A stretch of 64,000 bases of DNA from Terriglobia bacterium. GTDB lineage: Bacteria; Acidobacteriota; Terriglobia; JAJPHL01. Below, in pieces: positions 1 to 8,915 of the stretch. Within the stretch, counting starts at the first letter, position 1. Each line of letters opens with the position of its first letter. Both the position numbers and the translations under genes were made by a program. The notes under the pieces were generated by a model. It searched no databases. It worked only from the letters and a program-made list of their open reading frames with translations, and was not told the DNA's origin. The stretch lies in NCBI GenBank assembly GCA_021325275.1, contig JAJPHL010000035.1:54916-118915 (forward strand), read 5' to 3'.

Positions 1-327
1 ATGCTTAAAGAAGCCGCTAGCCGCAGGGGAAGAAAGAACTCCCTGGTTCTGGCGCGTGTCTTCGGCCGAACAGGGCGCCGTGAAGAAGCTCGCAGGTTGA
101 TTGCGGAAGCTGAAAAGACCGGAGGAGGAGATTCCTATGCACTGCCTCTGGCCTACGCCGCAATCGGCGACAATGGGCGGGCCCTGAATTACTTGGAAAG
201 GGAGTTTGACCAGCGCAATCTTGTGATCTTCATCAAGTTCGATCCACTCTTCGACGGTCTGCGTGCCGAGCCCAGGTTCCAGGCGCTGATGGAACGCTTG
301 AAGATTCCCGACCGCACGGCCAGATAG
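1..327 (+). CDS. 3'-terminal fragment of a TPR-like repeat protein; the ORF starts upstream of the window
   Basis: ORF is open from the window edge. The C-terminal sequence has TPR-like helix-pair character (ARRLIAEAEKTG..YALPLAYAAIGDNGRALNYLEREF). No specific family recognised. Confidence 0.35.
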   Translation: MLKEAASRRGRKNSLVLARVFGRTGRREEARRLIAEAEKTGGGDSYALPLAYAAIGDNGRALNYLEREFDQRNLVIFIKFDPLFDGLRAEPRFQALMERLKIPDRTAR

Positions 328-432
328 CCAGTATGTCTTCTGACAACTCCAGGCGTGGACCGACAAGGAGCAATAGAAGTTTTATCCACGATGAGGATGG
401 GCCAAGAGCCACGGGTCGGACAATGCTAAGAA

Positions 433-507
<75 letters not shown>

Positions 508-761
508 GTATCGGACCGATTAAAACAGTATACATCAAAAACCGAAGGCCTTCGCCGATGAGGACGGAGGCCTTGGTCATTTTCCCGATCTTGTTCAGTC
601 TAAGCCGCGACCGCTCCACGCTATTGGTTTGGTCCGGCCGCAGGTGAATCGGGCGTCAGTCGCAATGACTTGTGATGCCCATCGGTGCAGCGCGATTCGT
701 AAACCGTTTCGAGCGCGTCTCGGTCCAGCTAGATTCACGGTAACGCCGCGGCGTTTTCTTG

Positions 762-2066
762 TCAAGCTTGTTTCGAACGCTCCAACGCTTGTAACGCCAA
801 TCCGCGAGCTACCGACGTGAACTCGTTGCCCGAGCGCAATCGCGCGACGCCGAAGCGCGACTCGAAAATCCGCCGCACCGCGGGCACAAACGACGAGCCG
901 CCGGTCAGGAACACCATGTTCACGTCCTTCGCGTTCACGCGCGCCGACTTCAGGAGGGCGTCGACACAACTTTCCACCAAGTGCAATTCCTCGGCGATCC
1001 AACTCTCAAACGACGAGCGCTTCACGTTCGCTTCAATCTCGATGGGACCATCGGCAAACTGGAAAACCGCCGCCGGACCACTCGACAAATCGCACTTCAC
1101 TTTCTGCACCGCGCGATGCAGGTGATATCCCAGGTCGTTGCGGATCAGATACCTCAACGCGGCGATCTTCCGCGGTTCCACGGCGTAACGATGCAACTCG
1201 TCGAGCATGTTCATTACCTCGCGGCCCTTCAGCAGCGAGAGATGATGCCAGCGCTCCAGTCGCGAGTAAATCCACGTCGGCACCGGCATCATTTTTTCGA
1301 GCGAACGATATTCGGATCCCGCGCCTAGCGCCGGCGACACAAGGTGACGCACCAACTTCGCGTCGAAGGCATCGCCGGCCACGCCGACGCCCGCGTTGCC
1401 CAGCAAATCCGCAGCGGAGCGGCCGCGTTTGCGGATGGTGGGTCCTACGTGGATCAGCGAAAAATCGCTCGTGCCGCCGCCGAAATCGCCGATCAGGATC
1501 AACTCATCGTGATCGAGCGTGGACTCGTAGAAATGTGCGGCCGCCACCGGCTCCATTTCAAAATCCACCGACTCGAAGCCGGCTTGACGGAACGATTCGC
1601 GCAAGCGCGCTTCGGCGTAGGCGTTGTCGTCCGCGTTTTCCGCGCCCACGAATTGCACCGGACGGCCCACGACTGCCGCGCGGATTGCCTCGCCGAATTG
1701 CACTTCCGATTTTTGGCGTAATTCACGCAGAATGCGCGCGATCAGTTCTTCGAGTTTGCGGCGGCGTCCAAAAACGTCGGTGGTCGTGAGGGTGCGACTG
1801 CTTAAGAACGACTTCAGCGATTGAATCAAGCGGCCCTTCGTGTCGGCCGCCAGATATTGCTCGATGCCCTCGGGGCCGCTCCACGACTTCACGCTATTCG
1901 CGCCGTGTTCTTTGATTTTCTCGAGATAAAGAAGCGATCGATACGCGTCCGTGACGCCGCCGAACGACGGGAACTCGGCCATTTGGACGCGGCCATTCGA
2001 GTCGACGCACGCGACGGAGCTATTGGTGGTGCCGAAGTCGATGCCGAACGCGGAAGTTTTCGTCAT
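762..2066 (-). CDS. Hsp70-family protein (YegD/StbA-like actin-fold ATPase)
   Basis: Phosphate-1 motif GIDFGTTNSSVA at the N-terminus, GDFGGGTSDFSL, and a C-terminal LTGGSSFVPAV. The length (434 aa) and the lack of a substrate-binding-domain lid fit the YegD-type Hsp70 homologs. Confidence 0.8.
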   Translation of the reverse strand: MTKTSAFGIDFGTTNSSVACVDSNGRVQMAEFPSFGGVTDAYRSLLYLEKIKEHGANSVKSWSGPEGIEQYLAADTKGRLIQSLKSFLSSRTLTTTDVFGRRRKLEELIARILRELRQKSEVQFGEAIRAAVVGRPVQFVGAENADDNAYAEARLRESFRQAGFESVDFEMEPVAAAHFYESTLDHDELILIGDFGGGTSDFSLIHVGPTIRKRGRSAADLLGNAGVGVAGDAFDAKLVRHLVSPALGAGSEYRSLEKMMPVPTWIYSRLERWHHLSLLKGREVMNMLDELHRYAVEPRKIAALRYLIRNDLGYHLHRAVQKVKCDLSSGPAAVFQFADGPIEIEANVKRSSFESWIAEELHLVESCVDALLKSARVNAKDVNMVFLTGGSSFVPAVRRIFESRFGVARLRSGNEFTSVARGLALQALERSKQA

Positions 2067-3572
2067 TTAGCGCGCGATGTCCGCCCAATCGCGATCGTAA
2101 TATCGCACCAGCACTTGATCGTTCAGGCGATTCGCTTCCGCTTGCACCGGGCGCATGTCCGTCGGAAAATCGAAAAGCTCGCGCAAACCCGCGACCGTTA
2201 GAAATCGCAGGCCCGGCGGCAAGGACTCAGGCGGCGCGTAGACACCGCGCTCCTCTGCGCTCGCGATCATGTAACCCCATTCGCCGAACGACGGCACGTA
2301 CACGTGATACGGATACGCGCGCAGGCCCGCTTGTTTCAAGGTCTCCGCGATGCACCAATACGATTGCCGCGCGAAAAGCGGCGACGTGCTTTGGATCACC
2401 GCCAAGCCGTTGTGTGTGAGATGACGGCCCATCAAACGATAAAACGCCGTGGTGTACAACTTCCCCAACGAGTAATTCGTGGGATCGGGAAAATCCACCA
2501 CGATGAAATCGTAGTAATCGCTGTGATCTCCGAGCCACACAAAGGCATCAGCGTTGATCACGTGAACTTTCGGCGAGAGCAGCGAGCCGCCATTCAACTG
2601 CTTCAAATACGGATGCGTGGAAAACAGGTGCGTCATCTCGGGATCGAGATCCACCAGCGTGATGCTCTCAAGATTCGGATAGCGCAGCAGCTCGCGGACC
2701 GCCAAGCCGTCGCCGCCGCCGAGCACCAGCACGCGGCGCGCACCGGGGACGGCGGAGAGTCCCGGATGCACCAACGCTTCGTGATAGCGATACTCATCGC
2801 GTGAGCTGAATTGCAGATGGCCGCTGAGGAAAAGGCGCACGTCGTCTTTCCATCGCGTTAGGACAATGCGCTGATACGGCGTGGCGCGAGAGAAAATCAC
2901 TTCATCGGAGTAGAGCGAATTGTCAGCCGCCGACGAAATGCGGTCGGCGAACACCGTACCGGCGCCGAGCATCGCCAAGACCACCGCGCATGACGCACGT
3001 AGGCCGCCGGTGTGACCAATCTGGTCTTTAAAGATAAACGTCGACCACAACGCGACGGCCGCGTTGACGATCCCGAACGCCAGCGCCGCGCGCACCAAGC
3101 CCATTTTCGGCACGAGCCACACGGGAAACAACAGCGACGCGCCGAGCGCGCCGAGATAGTCGAACGTCAACACGTGCGCGACCACGTCCTTGAAGTTGAA
3201 TCGATCGCGAAGAATGCGCATCAGCAGCGGGATTTCCAATCCCACCAAAGCGCCGATGCCGATCACCAGCGCGTACAGCGCCAGGCGAAACGCCTGCGTA
3301 TACGCGAACGCCAGAAACATGATCGACGACGAAAATCCGCCGAGCAATCCCACCATCAGCTCGACGGCGATGAATCGTGCGACTAATCCGCGCGCGATGA
3401 AGCGCGACATGCCGCTGCCGATACCCATCGCGAACAGGTAGCAGCCGATGACGGTGGAAAATTGGAAGATGCTGTCGCCGAGGAGATAGCTCGCCAACGT
3501 GCCGGCGATCAGCTCATAGACCAAGCCGCACGCAGCGATCAGAAAAACCGATACGAAGAGAACGATAGGCAT
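2067..3572 (-). CDS. Polyamine aminopropyltransferase (spermidine synthase-like) fused to an N-terminal multi-TM membrane domain
   Basis: The C-terminal half has the spermidine synthase signature VLVLGGGDGLAVRELLRYP...VDLDPEM...FDFIVVDFPDP...LNGGSLLSPKVHV. The N-terminal ~230 aa form about 7 hydrophobic helices. Start placed at MPIVLFVS (3572); the track ORF extends to 3770 only by reading through the upstream REP palindrome. Confidence 0.8.
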   Translation of the reverse strand: MPIVLFVSVFLIAACGLVYELIAGTLASYLLGDSIFQFSTVIGCYLFAMGIGSGMSRFIARGLVARFIAVELMVGLLGGFSSSIMFLAFAYTQAFRLALYALVIGIGALVGLEIPLLMRILRDRFNFKDVVAHVLTFDYLGALGASLLFPVWLVPKMGLVRAALAFGIVNAAVALWSTFIFKDQIGHTGGLRASCAVVLAMLGAGTVFADRISSAADNSLYSDEVIFSRATPYQRIVLTRWKDDVRLFLSGHLQFSSRDEYRYHEALVHPGLSAVPGARRVLVLGGGDGLAVRELLRYPNLESITLVDLDPEMTHLFSTHPYLKQLNGGSLLSPKVHVINADAFVWLGDHSDYYDFIVVDFPDPTNYSLGKLYTTAFYRLMGRHLTHNGLAVIQSTSPLFARQSYWCIAETLKQAGLRAYPYHVYVPSFGEWGYMIASAEERGVYAPPESLPPGLRFLTVAGLRELFDFPTDMRPVQAEANRLNDQVLVRYYDRDWADIAR

Positions 3573-3586
3573 GAGGACCGGAAAAA

Positions 3587-3672
3587 GCAACCGCAGATGA
3601 ACGCAGATAAACGCAGATGGAGATGCAAGGTTTGGTCTTATCGGCGTCCATCTGCGTTCATCTGCGGTTGCT
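3587..3672. repeat. REP-like long palindromic element, family A copy 1 (arms GCAACCGCAGATGAACGCAGATAAACGCAGATGG / CCATCTGCGTTCATCTGCGGTTGC)
   Basis: Near-perfect inverted repeat around a ~25-nt loop. The same element recurs at 33316-33392 and 38621-38700. It lies in the intergenic gap between the DUF350 and speE-like genes. Confidence 0.8.
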
Positions 3673-3681
3673 TTTCTTGTT

Positions 3682-3900
3682 TTAGTGTACCGACGCGGCG
3701 ATGATGATGCACATTCCCAGCGACATCGCGCCGAGCAGAATCGCCAGCGCCAGGTTCTTCTCCACCACAATCTCCTTCCAGAGATGATACGGCGTGATCT
3801 TGTCGATGATCACGAACGCCGCGAAGAAAATCGCGATGCCTAGGAACGAGTAGATCGCCGCGTTCAGCAGATTGCCGGCCATGGAATTGGGATTCGGCAT
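3682..3900 (-). CDS. DUF350-family small membrane protein (YjfL-like, 2 TM helices)
   Basis: 72 aa with two hydrophobic helices (AIYSFLGIAIFFAAFVII / LALAILLGAMSLGMCIIIAA). Resemblance to E. coli YjfL-type proteins, and it sits inside a polyamine/SPFH module. Confidence 0.55.
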   Translation of the reverse strand: MPNPNSMAGNLLNAAIYSFLGIAIFFAAFVIIDKITPYHLWKEIVVEKNLALAILLGAMSLGMCIIIAASVH

Positions 3901-3903
3901 AGT

Positions 3904-4089
3904 CTATTTCCCTCCGATGTAACGAAAGTAACTGGCGAAGTGCGAGCGATACGCGCCGGGATTATCGCGCACCGTGTTCGGCACGTCTTTCAGCTCGTTC
4001 ACCTTGTTCAGGCTCCAGCCGCGATATTGCGCCGTGCCCGCGAGCAAGAGCGTCAGCAGTCCGTACGCGAGATACAAAGGATGTCGCAT
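3904..4089 (-). CDS. Small hypothetical membrane protein (61 aa, one N-terminal TM helix)
   Basis: Reading frame is tightly packed between the neighbouring genes with 4-nt spacing to each. N-terminal hydrophobic helix LYLAYGLLTLLLAGTA. No family recognised. Confidence 0.4.
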   Translation of the reverse strand: MRHPLYLAYGLLTLLLAGTAQYRGWSLNKVNELKDVPNTVRDNPGAYRSHFASYFRYIGGK

Positions 4090-5453
4090 CAGTCGTCATC
4101 TCCTGAAGAAGAAAACACGCTGGCTGCGCCGCGGCCCGAGTAATCGCTCTCCATCCAGCGATGTCCTTCGAACGCCGCCGAGCGCCATTGCACAATGATA
4201 GGCGGAATCAGCAGTGCGAAGAAAGCGAGAAGGAAAAACGTGAGATTGGGCACGTCGCGGCGCAAGCGCAGATGATAGTGCAAATCGTAGGCGGCGTCGG
4301 GCGTTTCCGGCTCCACGCGCAAGTAGTAGCGGCCCGGCGGCACCGAGGGAATCGTGGCGGTGTCGCTCTTGCTTCCCTCCGAACCGTCGGAATCGGTGTA
4401 GTAGCTGACCTCGCGTCCGAAGTCGTACGCCTTGTTGTTGTCCTGATCGATCAGCGCGAAATTGAAGTATGCCCAGTTGTTGTAGATGTCGGTGTCGAGG
4501 TTCAACTCCACGTTCGACGTGCGTCCGGTCAGTTCAAATGGTTCGGTGACGAACGAGGGCTCGCCCGCGCCGCGGCGGAACGAGTAGTCGTGCGAGAAAA
4601 TTTCCTTGTTCGACGAAAGCGCAATGGAGCCGATAGCCGCCACGAGCAGTGCCAACAGCAGCAATCCGAAACTTCCCCAAATTCCTTTGGCGCGCGCCGC
4701 GTAGGGATTCGGTTGATCCGCGAAGATACCGGCGGGCGGCGGCAATCGCGGAATCTTGAACGCTTGTTCGATCTCCGAGGCGGCCATGTACGTGCTCAGC
4801 GACCACGTGATTTCCTCCGCGCCTGCTTCGGCGGTGGTGGCTTCCGAGGACAACATGTGCGGCGGCGCGATGTAATCGCGAACCTCGGCGACGTCGCCGG
4901 AGTGCACTTCCCACGGAAATTCGCCGACCACGAAGGTGGTCTGTGCTTGCGCCGTTTGGAAATGCGTGTAGGTTTCGCCTTGCAGGATCACCGCGGGCTT
5001 GCCCATGTGACTCGATCCCAGGGGAAGCGCCTGCACCGTGCGCACGAAATTCCAGTGACCTTGATAGTGCGTCAGGTAGCGGAATCCCTGATACGGATTG
5101 AACAGCAGATGCTCGCTCCAGGAGTACGCCACGCCGTCCACTTCGATGGTGCGCACTTGCGCGCCGATCACTTCCCAAATTTGCCCGGCCATTCGCCCGC
5201 GGCTGCCGAGCGGTACGAGCGGCTGAAAGCGCATCTTGCTTTCGAATTGCGAGAGGACTTGGTAGTTTTCGTCCTTCGCGTCGAGGACGGAATGGCAACT
5301 GTCGCAGACGATGGACAAGCTGTGTCCGGCGGCGCGCATCGTGAGCGACGCGCCGCAGTTCGGGCAATTCAGCGCGCGCGTGAGTGCCACAGCTCCGGAT
5401 GGTCCGCCGGGCCCATCCAGCCGCACGTCGGCTTTTGATTCGCCCGTTGGCAT
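4089..5453 (-). CDS. DUF4178-family protein (YdjH-like) with N-terminal CxxC...CxxC zinc ribbon, a central TM helix and a C-terminal extension
   Basis: Zinc ribbon LNCPNCGASL...IVCDSCHSVLD followed by the DUF4178-like beta-rich region (QIWEVIGAQVRTIEVDGVAYSWSEHLLFNP), and a TM helix GSFGLLLLALLVAAIGSIAL. Confidence 0.6.
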   Translation of the reverse strand: MPTGESKADVRLDGPGGPSGAVALTRALNCPNCGASLTMRAAGHSLSIVCDSCHSVLDAKDENYQVLSQFESKMRFQPLVPLGSRGRMAGQIWEVIGAQVRTIEVDGVAYSWSEHLLFNPYQGFRYLTHYQGHWNFVRTVQALPLGSSHMGKPAVILQGETYTHFQTAQAQTTFVVGEFPWEVHSGDVAEVRDYIAPPHMLSSEATTAEAGAEEITWSLSTYMAASEIEQAFKIPRLPPPAGIFADQPNPYAARAKGIWGSFGLLLLALLVAAIGSIALSSNKEIFSHDYSFRRGAGEPSFVTEPFELTGRTSNVELNLDTDIYNNWAYFNFALIDQDNNKAYDFGREVSYYTDSDGSEGSKSDTATIPSVPPGRYYLRVEPETPDAAYDLHYHLRLRRDVPNLTFFLLAFFALLIPPIIVQWRSAAFEGHRWMESDYSGRGAASVFSSSGDDD

Positions 5454-5460
5454 CAGTTCG

Positions 5461-6096
5461 TCACCATTTTTCGAACAACCGAACGTTCTTCAACTGCAAC
5501 GCATCGTACTCGATCGATTCGCCGACGAAGAGCAGCGGTGTCGATTCGCTGTAGTCGATGGTGGCGAAATGCGCGTCGGGCGACTTCAAATCCGCAAACG
5601 TCACTTTCGATTTGTCCCAGTATTCGAACGGCAATTCACCTTGCACTCCGGCGTAGTTCGCCACCGTGATTGTCGTCACCGAGTATTGTTGATTGAACCA
5701 AGCGAACGTTTGCATCGGCTGGAGATTGCCGGCGGGCGGCAGCGGACTCGGCGGCGCGTGCTGAAAGGAAATCGCGAAGTCGAGTTGCGCATCCGAAAGC
5801 CAACCAGACGTCCCGTCGTTGAACGCGAGATGCCACTCATTCCATCCGCCGCGCTCGTATTCATAAATAATTCGGCCGACGACCACGAATGCTTTTTGCC
5901 GGTAGACTCCCTCGGCGCCGATCTGGATCGGCGACGCGTCGAGGGGAAGATCGGCGATTTCGCCGACCTTTTGCCAATTCACATCGCGACGCACGATGAT
6001 CGATTTGCAGTAAGGGCAAGTGGTCTGCACCGCCGCCGACCAAAGGAATTCCACCGGCGCGCCGCAGTTCGGGCAATTGGCCGTTTTCGCGGGCAT
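5461..6096 (-). CDS. DUF4178-family protein (second, shorter paralog) with N-terminal zinc ribbon
   Basis: Start at MPAKTANCPNCGAP (6096). Zinc ribbon ANCPNCGAP...TCPYCKS, then a DUF4178-like region (FVVVGRIIYEYERGGWNEWHLAFNDGTSGWL). The track ORF extends to 6318 through a frame without a convincing start. Confidence 0.6.
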   Translation of the reverse strand: MPAKTANCPNCGAPVEFLWSAAVQTTCPYCKSIIVRRDVNWQKVGEIADLPLDASPIQIGAEGVYRQKAFVVVGRIIYEYERGGWNEWHLAFNDGTSGWLSDAQLDFAISFQHAPPSPLPPAGNLQPMQTFAWFNQQYSVTTITVANYAGVQGELPFEYWDKSKVTFADLKSPDAHFATIDYSESTPLLFVGESIEYDALQLKNVRLFEKW

Positions 6097-6101
6097 ACGT
6101 G

Positions 6102-6449
6102 TTACGGTTCGTACGGACGATCGACGTGGCGCACGCGCACATCGGCGGCGGCCACGGCGTCGCGCAAGGCCGCGGTAAAATCGCCTTCCGGCCGCGGCTT
6201 GCAGCAAAAAAGATTCAGGCACAGTGTGCCGTACTCGGGAAACGTGTGGCACGCGAGATGCGATTCCGCGAGCAGCCACAGTCCGGTGATGCCGCCGGGT
6301 CCCGCGAAGCGATGCCACGTGGCGTCTTCAATGGGATGCAGCGACATTTCTTCCACGATGCGGCGAAAGAGCGCTTGCATGCGCGCGAGATCGCACAACG
6401 CCGCAGGATCGCAGCCGTACGCTTCAATGATCCATTCGCATCCGCTCAT
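6102..6449 (-). CDS. speH: S-adenosylmethionine decarboxylase proenzyme, pyruvoyl-dependent (SpeH/SpeD class 1)
   Basis: 115 aa with the self-processing motif LLAESHLACHTFPE; the E|S cleavage site generates the pyruvoyl group. The YGC...L..L motif near the N-terminus is typical of small archaeal/bacterial AdoMetDC. Confidence 0.8.
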   Translation of the reverse strand: MSGCEWIIEAYGCDPAALCDLARMQALFRRIVEEMSLHPIEDATWHRFAGPGGITGLWLLAESHLACHTFPEYGTLCLNLFCCKPRPEGDFTAALRDAVAAADVRVRHVDRPYEP

Positions 6450-6476
6450 CGCGCCTTGATTTTAGCCTGCTTTAAC

Positions 6477-7505
6477 CTAACCCTGAGCTGCCCCGCACTC
6501 CGGACAGAATTTCGACTTGCGTGGAATCGGCTTGCCGCACTCCATGCAGAATTTCGTTTCCGCACTCGCCGCCGAGCCGCCACCGCTTGGCGCGACCGGC
6601 GGTGCCGCTCCCGCGGGCGCCGTGGGTGCGCTTCCTCCGCCATCCGGCGGATGAATCGCTTGCATCATCGTTTGCGCCATCGCGAGTCCCGCGCCCAATC
6701 CCGCGCCGATGCCCGCCGCGCCTCCGCCTTCGTTCGCCGCGGCGATCGGCATCGATTGCGCCACTTGAAATTGCGTGTACTTGCCCATGTCGCCGACCAT
6801 GCGCATGCCGATGCCTTCGTCGAGGCGCTTCTGCAACTCTTCCGGCAGTGAAAGATTCTCCACGACAAACGTGTCGAGCGCCAAACCCATTTCCTGCATC
6901 CACGGCTTCAGTTGCTCGGCGATTTTCTGGGCCACCAGTCCTTGATTCGCGGCCATGTCGAGGAACGGCACATTGGATCCGCCGAACGCGTCGGTCATCT
7001 TGGCGACGATCGTGTTGCGAAGCTGACCTTCCAGATCGGCCACGCTGTAGGTGTCGCGTGTGCCGCTGACTTTGGTATGAAACGTCCGCGCGTCGGCGAT
7101 TTTGTAGGAGTAAATGCCGAAAGCGCGCACGCGCACCGCGCCAAAATCCTTGTCGCGGATGGTGATGGGCTGCTGCGTGCCCCAGTGCTGATTCGTTTGC
7201 AAGCGCGTGGAGAAGAAGTACACGTCCGTCTTGAACGGCGACTTGAACATCTTGTCCCAATTCATCAAGTCGGTGAGGATGGGCATGTTTTGCGTGGTGA
7301 GTTTGTATGTTCCCGGCCCGTACACATCGGCCATGCGGCCTTCGTTCACCAGCGCCGCCACTTCCGACTCGCGCACGATCAGCATGCCGCCGTTCTGGAT
7401 TTCCATATCCTCCACAGGGAAGCGCCAGGCAAGCACGCCCTCGGTCGCTTCGGTCCACTGAAGAATGTCGATGAATTGTTTCTTGAGGAAATCCTTGATG
7501 GACAT
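6477..7505 (-). CDS. SPFH/band-7 family protein (PF13421-like, YdjI-like) with C-terminal Cys4 zinc ribbon
   Basis: N-terminus MSIKDFLKKQFIDILQWTE...VLAWRFP is characteristic of Band_7_1 SPFH proteins. Gly/Ala-rich linker, then CMECGKPIPRKSKFCPECG. Confidence 0.7.
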   Translation of the reverse strand: MSIKDFLKKQFIDILQWTEATEGVLAWRFPVEDMEIQNGGMLIVRESEVAALVNEGRMADVYGPGTYKLTTQNMPILTDLMNWDKMFKSPFKTDVYFFSTRLQTNQHWGTQQPITIRDKDFGAVRVRAFGIYSYKIADARTFHTKVSGTRDTYSVADLEGQLRNTIVAKMTDAFGGSNVPFLDMAANQGLVAQKIAEQLKPWMQEMGLALDTFVVENLSLPEELQKRLDEGIGMRMVGDMGKYTQFQVAQSMPIAAANEGGGAAGIGAGLGAGLAMAQTMMQAIHPPDGGGSAPTAPAGAAPPVAPSGGGSAASAETKFCMECGKPIPRKSKFCPECGAAQG

Positions 7506-7573
7506 GACGGCCTCCAAGGGCAGTATATACCGCCCGGTTTCAGTTACCGATGTCTGTTACGGAGGCGCGACGG

Positions 7574-8854
7574 TTAAAGTTCCGTGGCCACATCAACCTT
7601 GAAACGGCCTTTGCTGACATGCACATCGAGGCGATCGCCCGGCTGAACCTGCGAGGGATCGCGCACCAAGCTGCCGTCGGCGCCGGCCACGAGCGCATAT
7701 CCGCGATCGAGTACGGCTTGCGGTCCAAGCTGCTGCAACGCGGCGGCGGATAGGGTGAGGCGCGAGCGTTCACGCTCCAAACGCAGATGCACAGCGTGGC
7801 GCAATCGCGTAGCGAGATCGGCGGCACGCACACTTCCAGCATGCAGTCTTTGGCGGACATCTTGGCGCATCAGGCGGCGGTCCAGTTCGTCCACCGCGCG
7901 CCAGAACCTTTGCACGCGATACGCGGCCGCTTTTTCCAGCGCGAGACGCAGCGAGTCGATGCGGCGATGCAGATCCACTTTGCTTGCGATCACGAGTTCC
8001 GCGGCGGCCGAGGGCGTCGGCGCGCGGAAGTCCGAGACAAAATCGGCGATGGTGAAATCGGTCTCGTGGCCGATGGCGGAAATCACCGGGATGCGCGACG
8101 CCACGATGGCGCGCGCGATCGCTTCTTCGTTAAATGTCCAGAGATCTTCGAGAGATCCGCCGCCGCGCGCCAGAATAATCACGTCGACCTCGCCGCGAAG
8201 CTGCCGGTCTCCCGGCAAACTAAAGTATTTCAACGCTTGGACGATTTGCTCCACCGCGCCTTCGCCCTGCACGCGCACCGGATAAAGGAGCAAGTGCAGA
8301 TTCTCGAATCGCCGCTGGAGAATCGTGATCATGTCGGCGATCGCCGCGCCCGAGGGTGAGGTGATGAGTCCGATGCGTTGCGGCAGCGCGGGAATCGGCC
8401 GCTTGCGCGATTGTTCAAACAGTCCTTCTTTGGCGAGACGTTGCTTGAGTTGCTCGAACGCCAATTGCAGCGCGCCGAATCCGGCGGGCTCCATATGTTC
8501 GACAATGATTTGGTATTCGCCGCGCTGCTCGTAGACCGTGAGGCGTCCGCGCGCGGTGACGCGCAGGCCGTCGGCCGGCTTCAGCCGCGAGAGTCGCAGG
8601 GAACTGCGGAACATGACGGCGCGAAGCTGCGCCGTGTGATCCTTCAATGTGAAGTAACAGTGTCCGGACGCGGCGGACTTGAGTCCCGAGATTTCGCCTT
8701 CCACCCAAACGTCGGCGAACTCGCCCTCCAGCGCGTCTTTGATCGCTTGCGTGAGGTCGGCGACGGTGTAGATGGAGCGCAATTTGGAGTGCGGCGACTT
8801 GTCGCCGCTTTGGATGCCCGCGGCTTGACGCGGGCCGGGGTGCAAGCAGTTCAA
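7574..8854 (-). CDS. xseA: Exodeoxyribonuclease VII large subunit
   Basis: OB-fold N-terminus (IYTVADLTQAIKDALEGEFADVWVEGEISGLK), catalytic region RGGGSLEDLWTFNEE, coiled-coil C-terminus. Confidence 0.85.
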   Translation of the reverse strand: MNCLHPGPRQAAGIQSGDKSPHSKLRSIYTVADLTQAIKDALEGEFADVWVEGEISGLKSAASGHCYFTLKDHTAQLRAVMFRSSLRLSRLKPADGLRVTARGRLTVYEQRGEYQIIVEHMEPAGFGALQLAFEQLKQRLAKEGLFEQSRKRPIPALPQRIGLITSPSGAAIADMITILQRRFENLHLLLYPVRVQGEGAVEQIVQALKYFSLPGDRQLRGEVDVIILARGGGSLEDLWTFNEEAIARAIVASRIPVISAIGHETDFTIADFVSDFRAPTPSAAAELVIASKVDLHRRIDSLRLALEKAAAYRVQRFWRAVDELDRRLMRQDVRQRLHAGSVRAADLATRLRHAVHLRLERERSRLTLSAAALQQLGPQAVLDRGYALVAGADGSLVRDPSQVQPGDRLDVHVSKGRFKVDVATEL

Positions 8855-8915
8855 AGCAGGCGCGCGGTCAAGCCTCGCGCGTCGAAAGCGGCGTCAAGCC
8901 GCCGCACTCCAAGAA

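Noticed and set aside
4161-5438. Long + strand ORF (425 aa) antisense to the DUF4178 gene. Similar long antisense ORFs occur at 5311-6459, 6472-7458, 10227-11435, 15088-16521, 21285-22910, 33665-35053, 38927-40717 and 57541-59559.
   Set aside because: These are Arg/Ala/Gly-rich translations typical of the wrong strand in high-GC DNA. Each overlaps a gene with clear homology and codon periodicity on the other strand, and none shows recognisable motifs.
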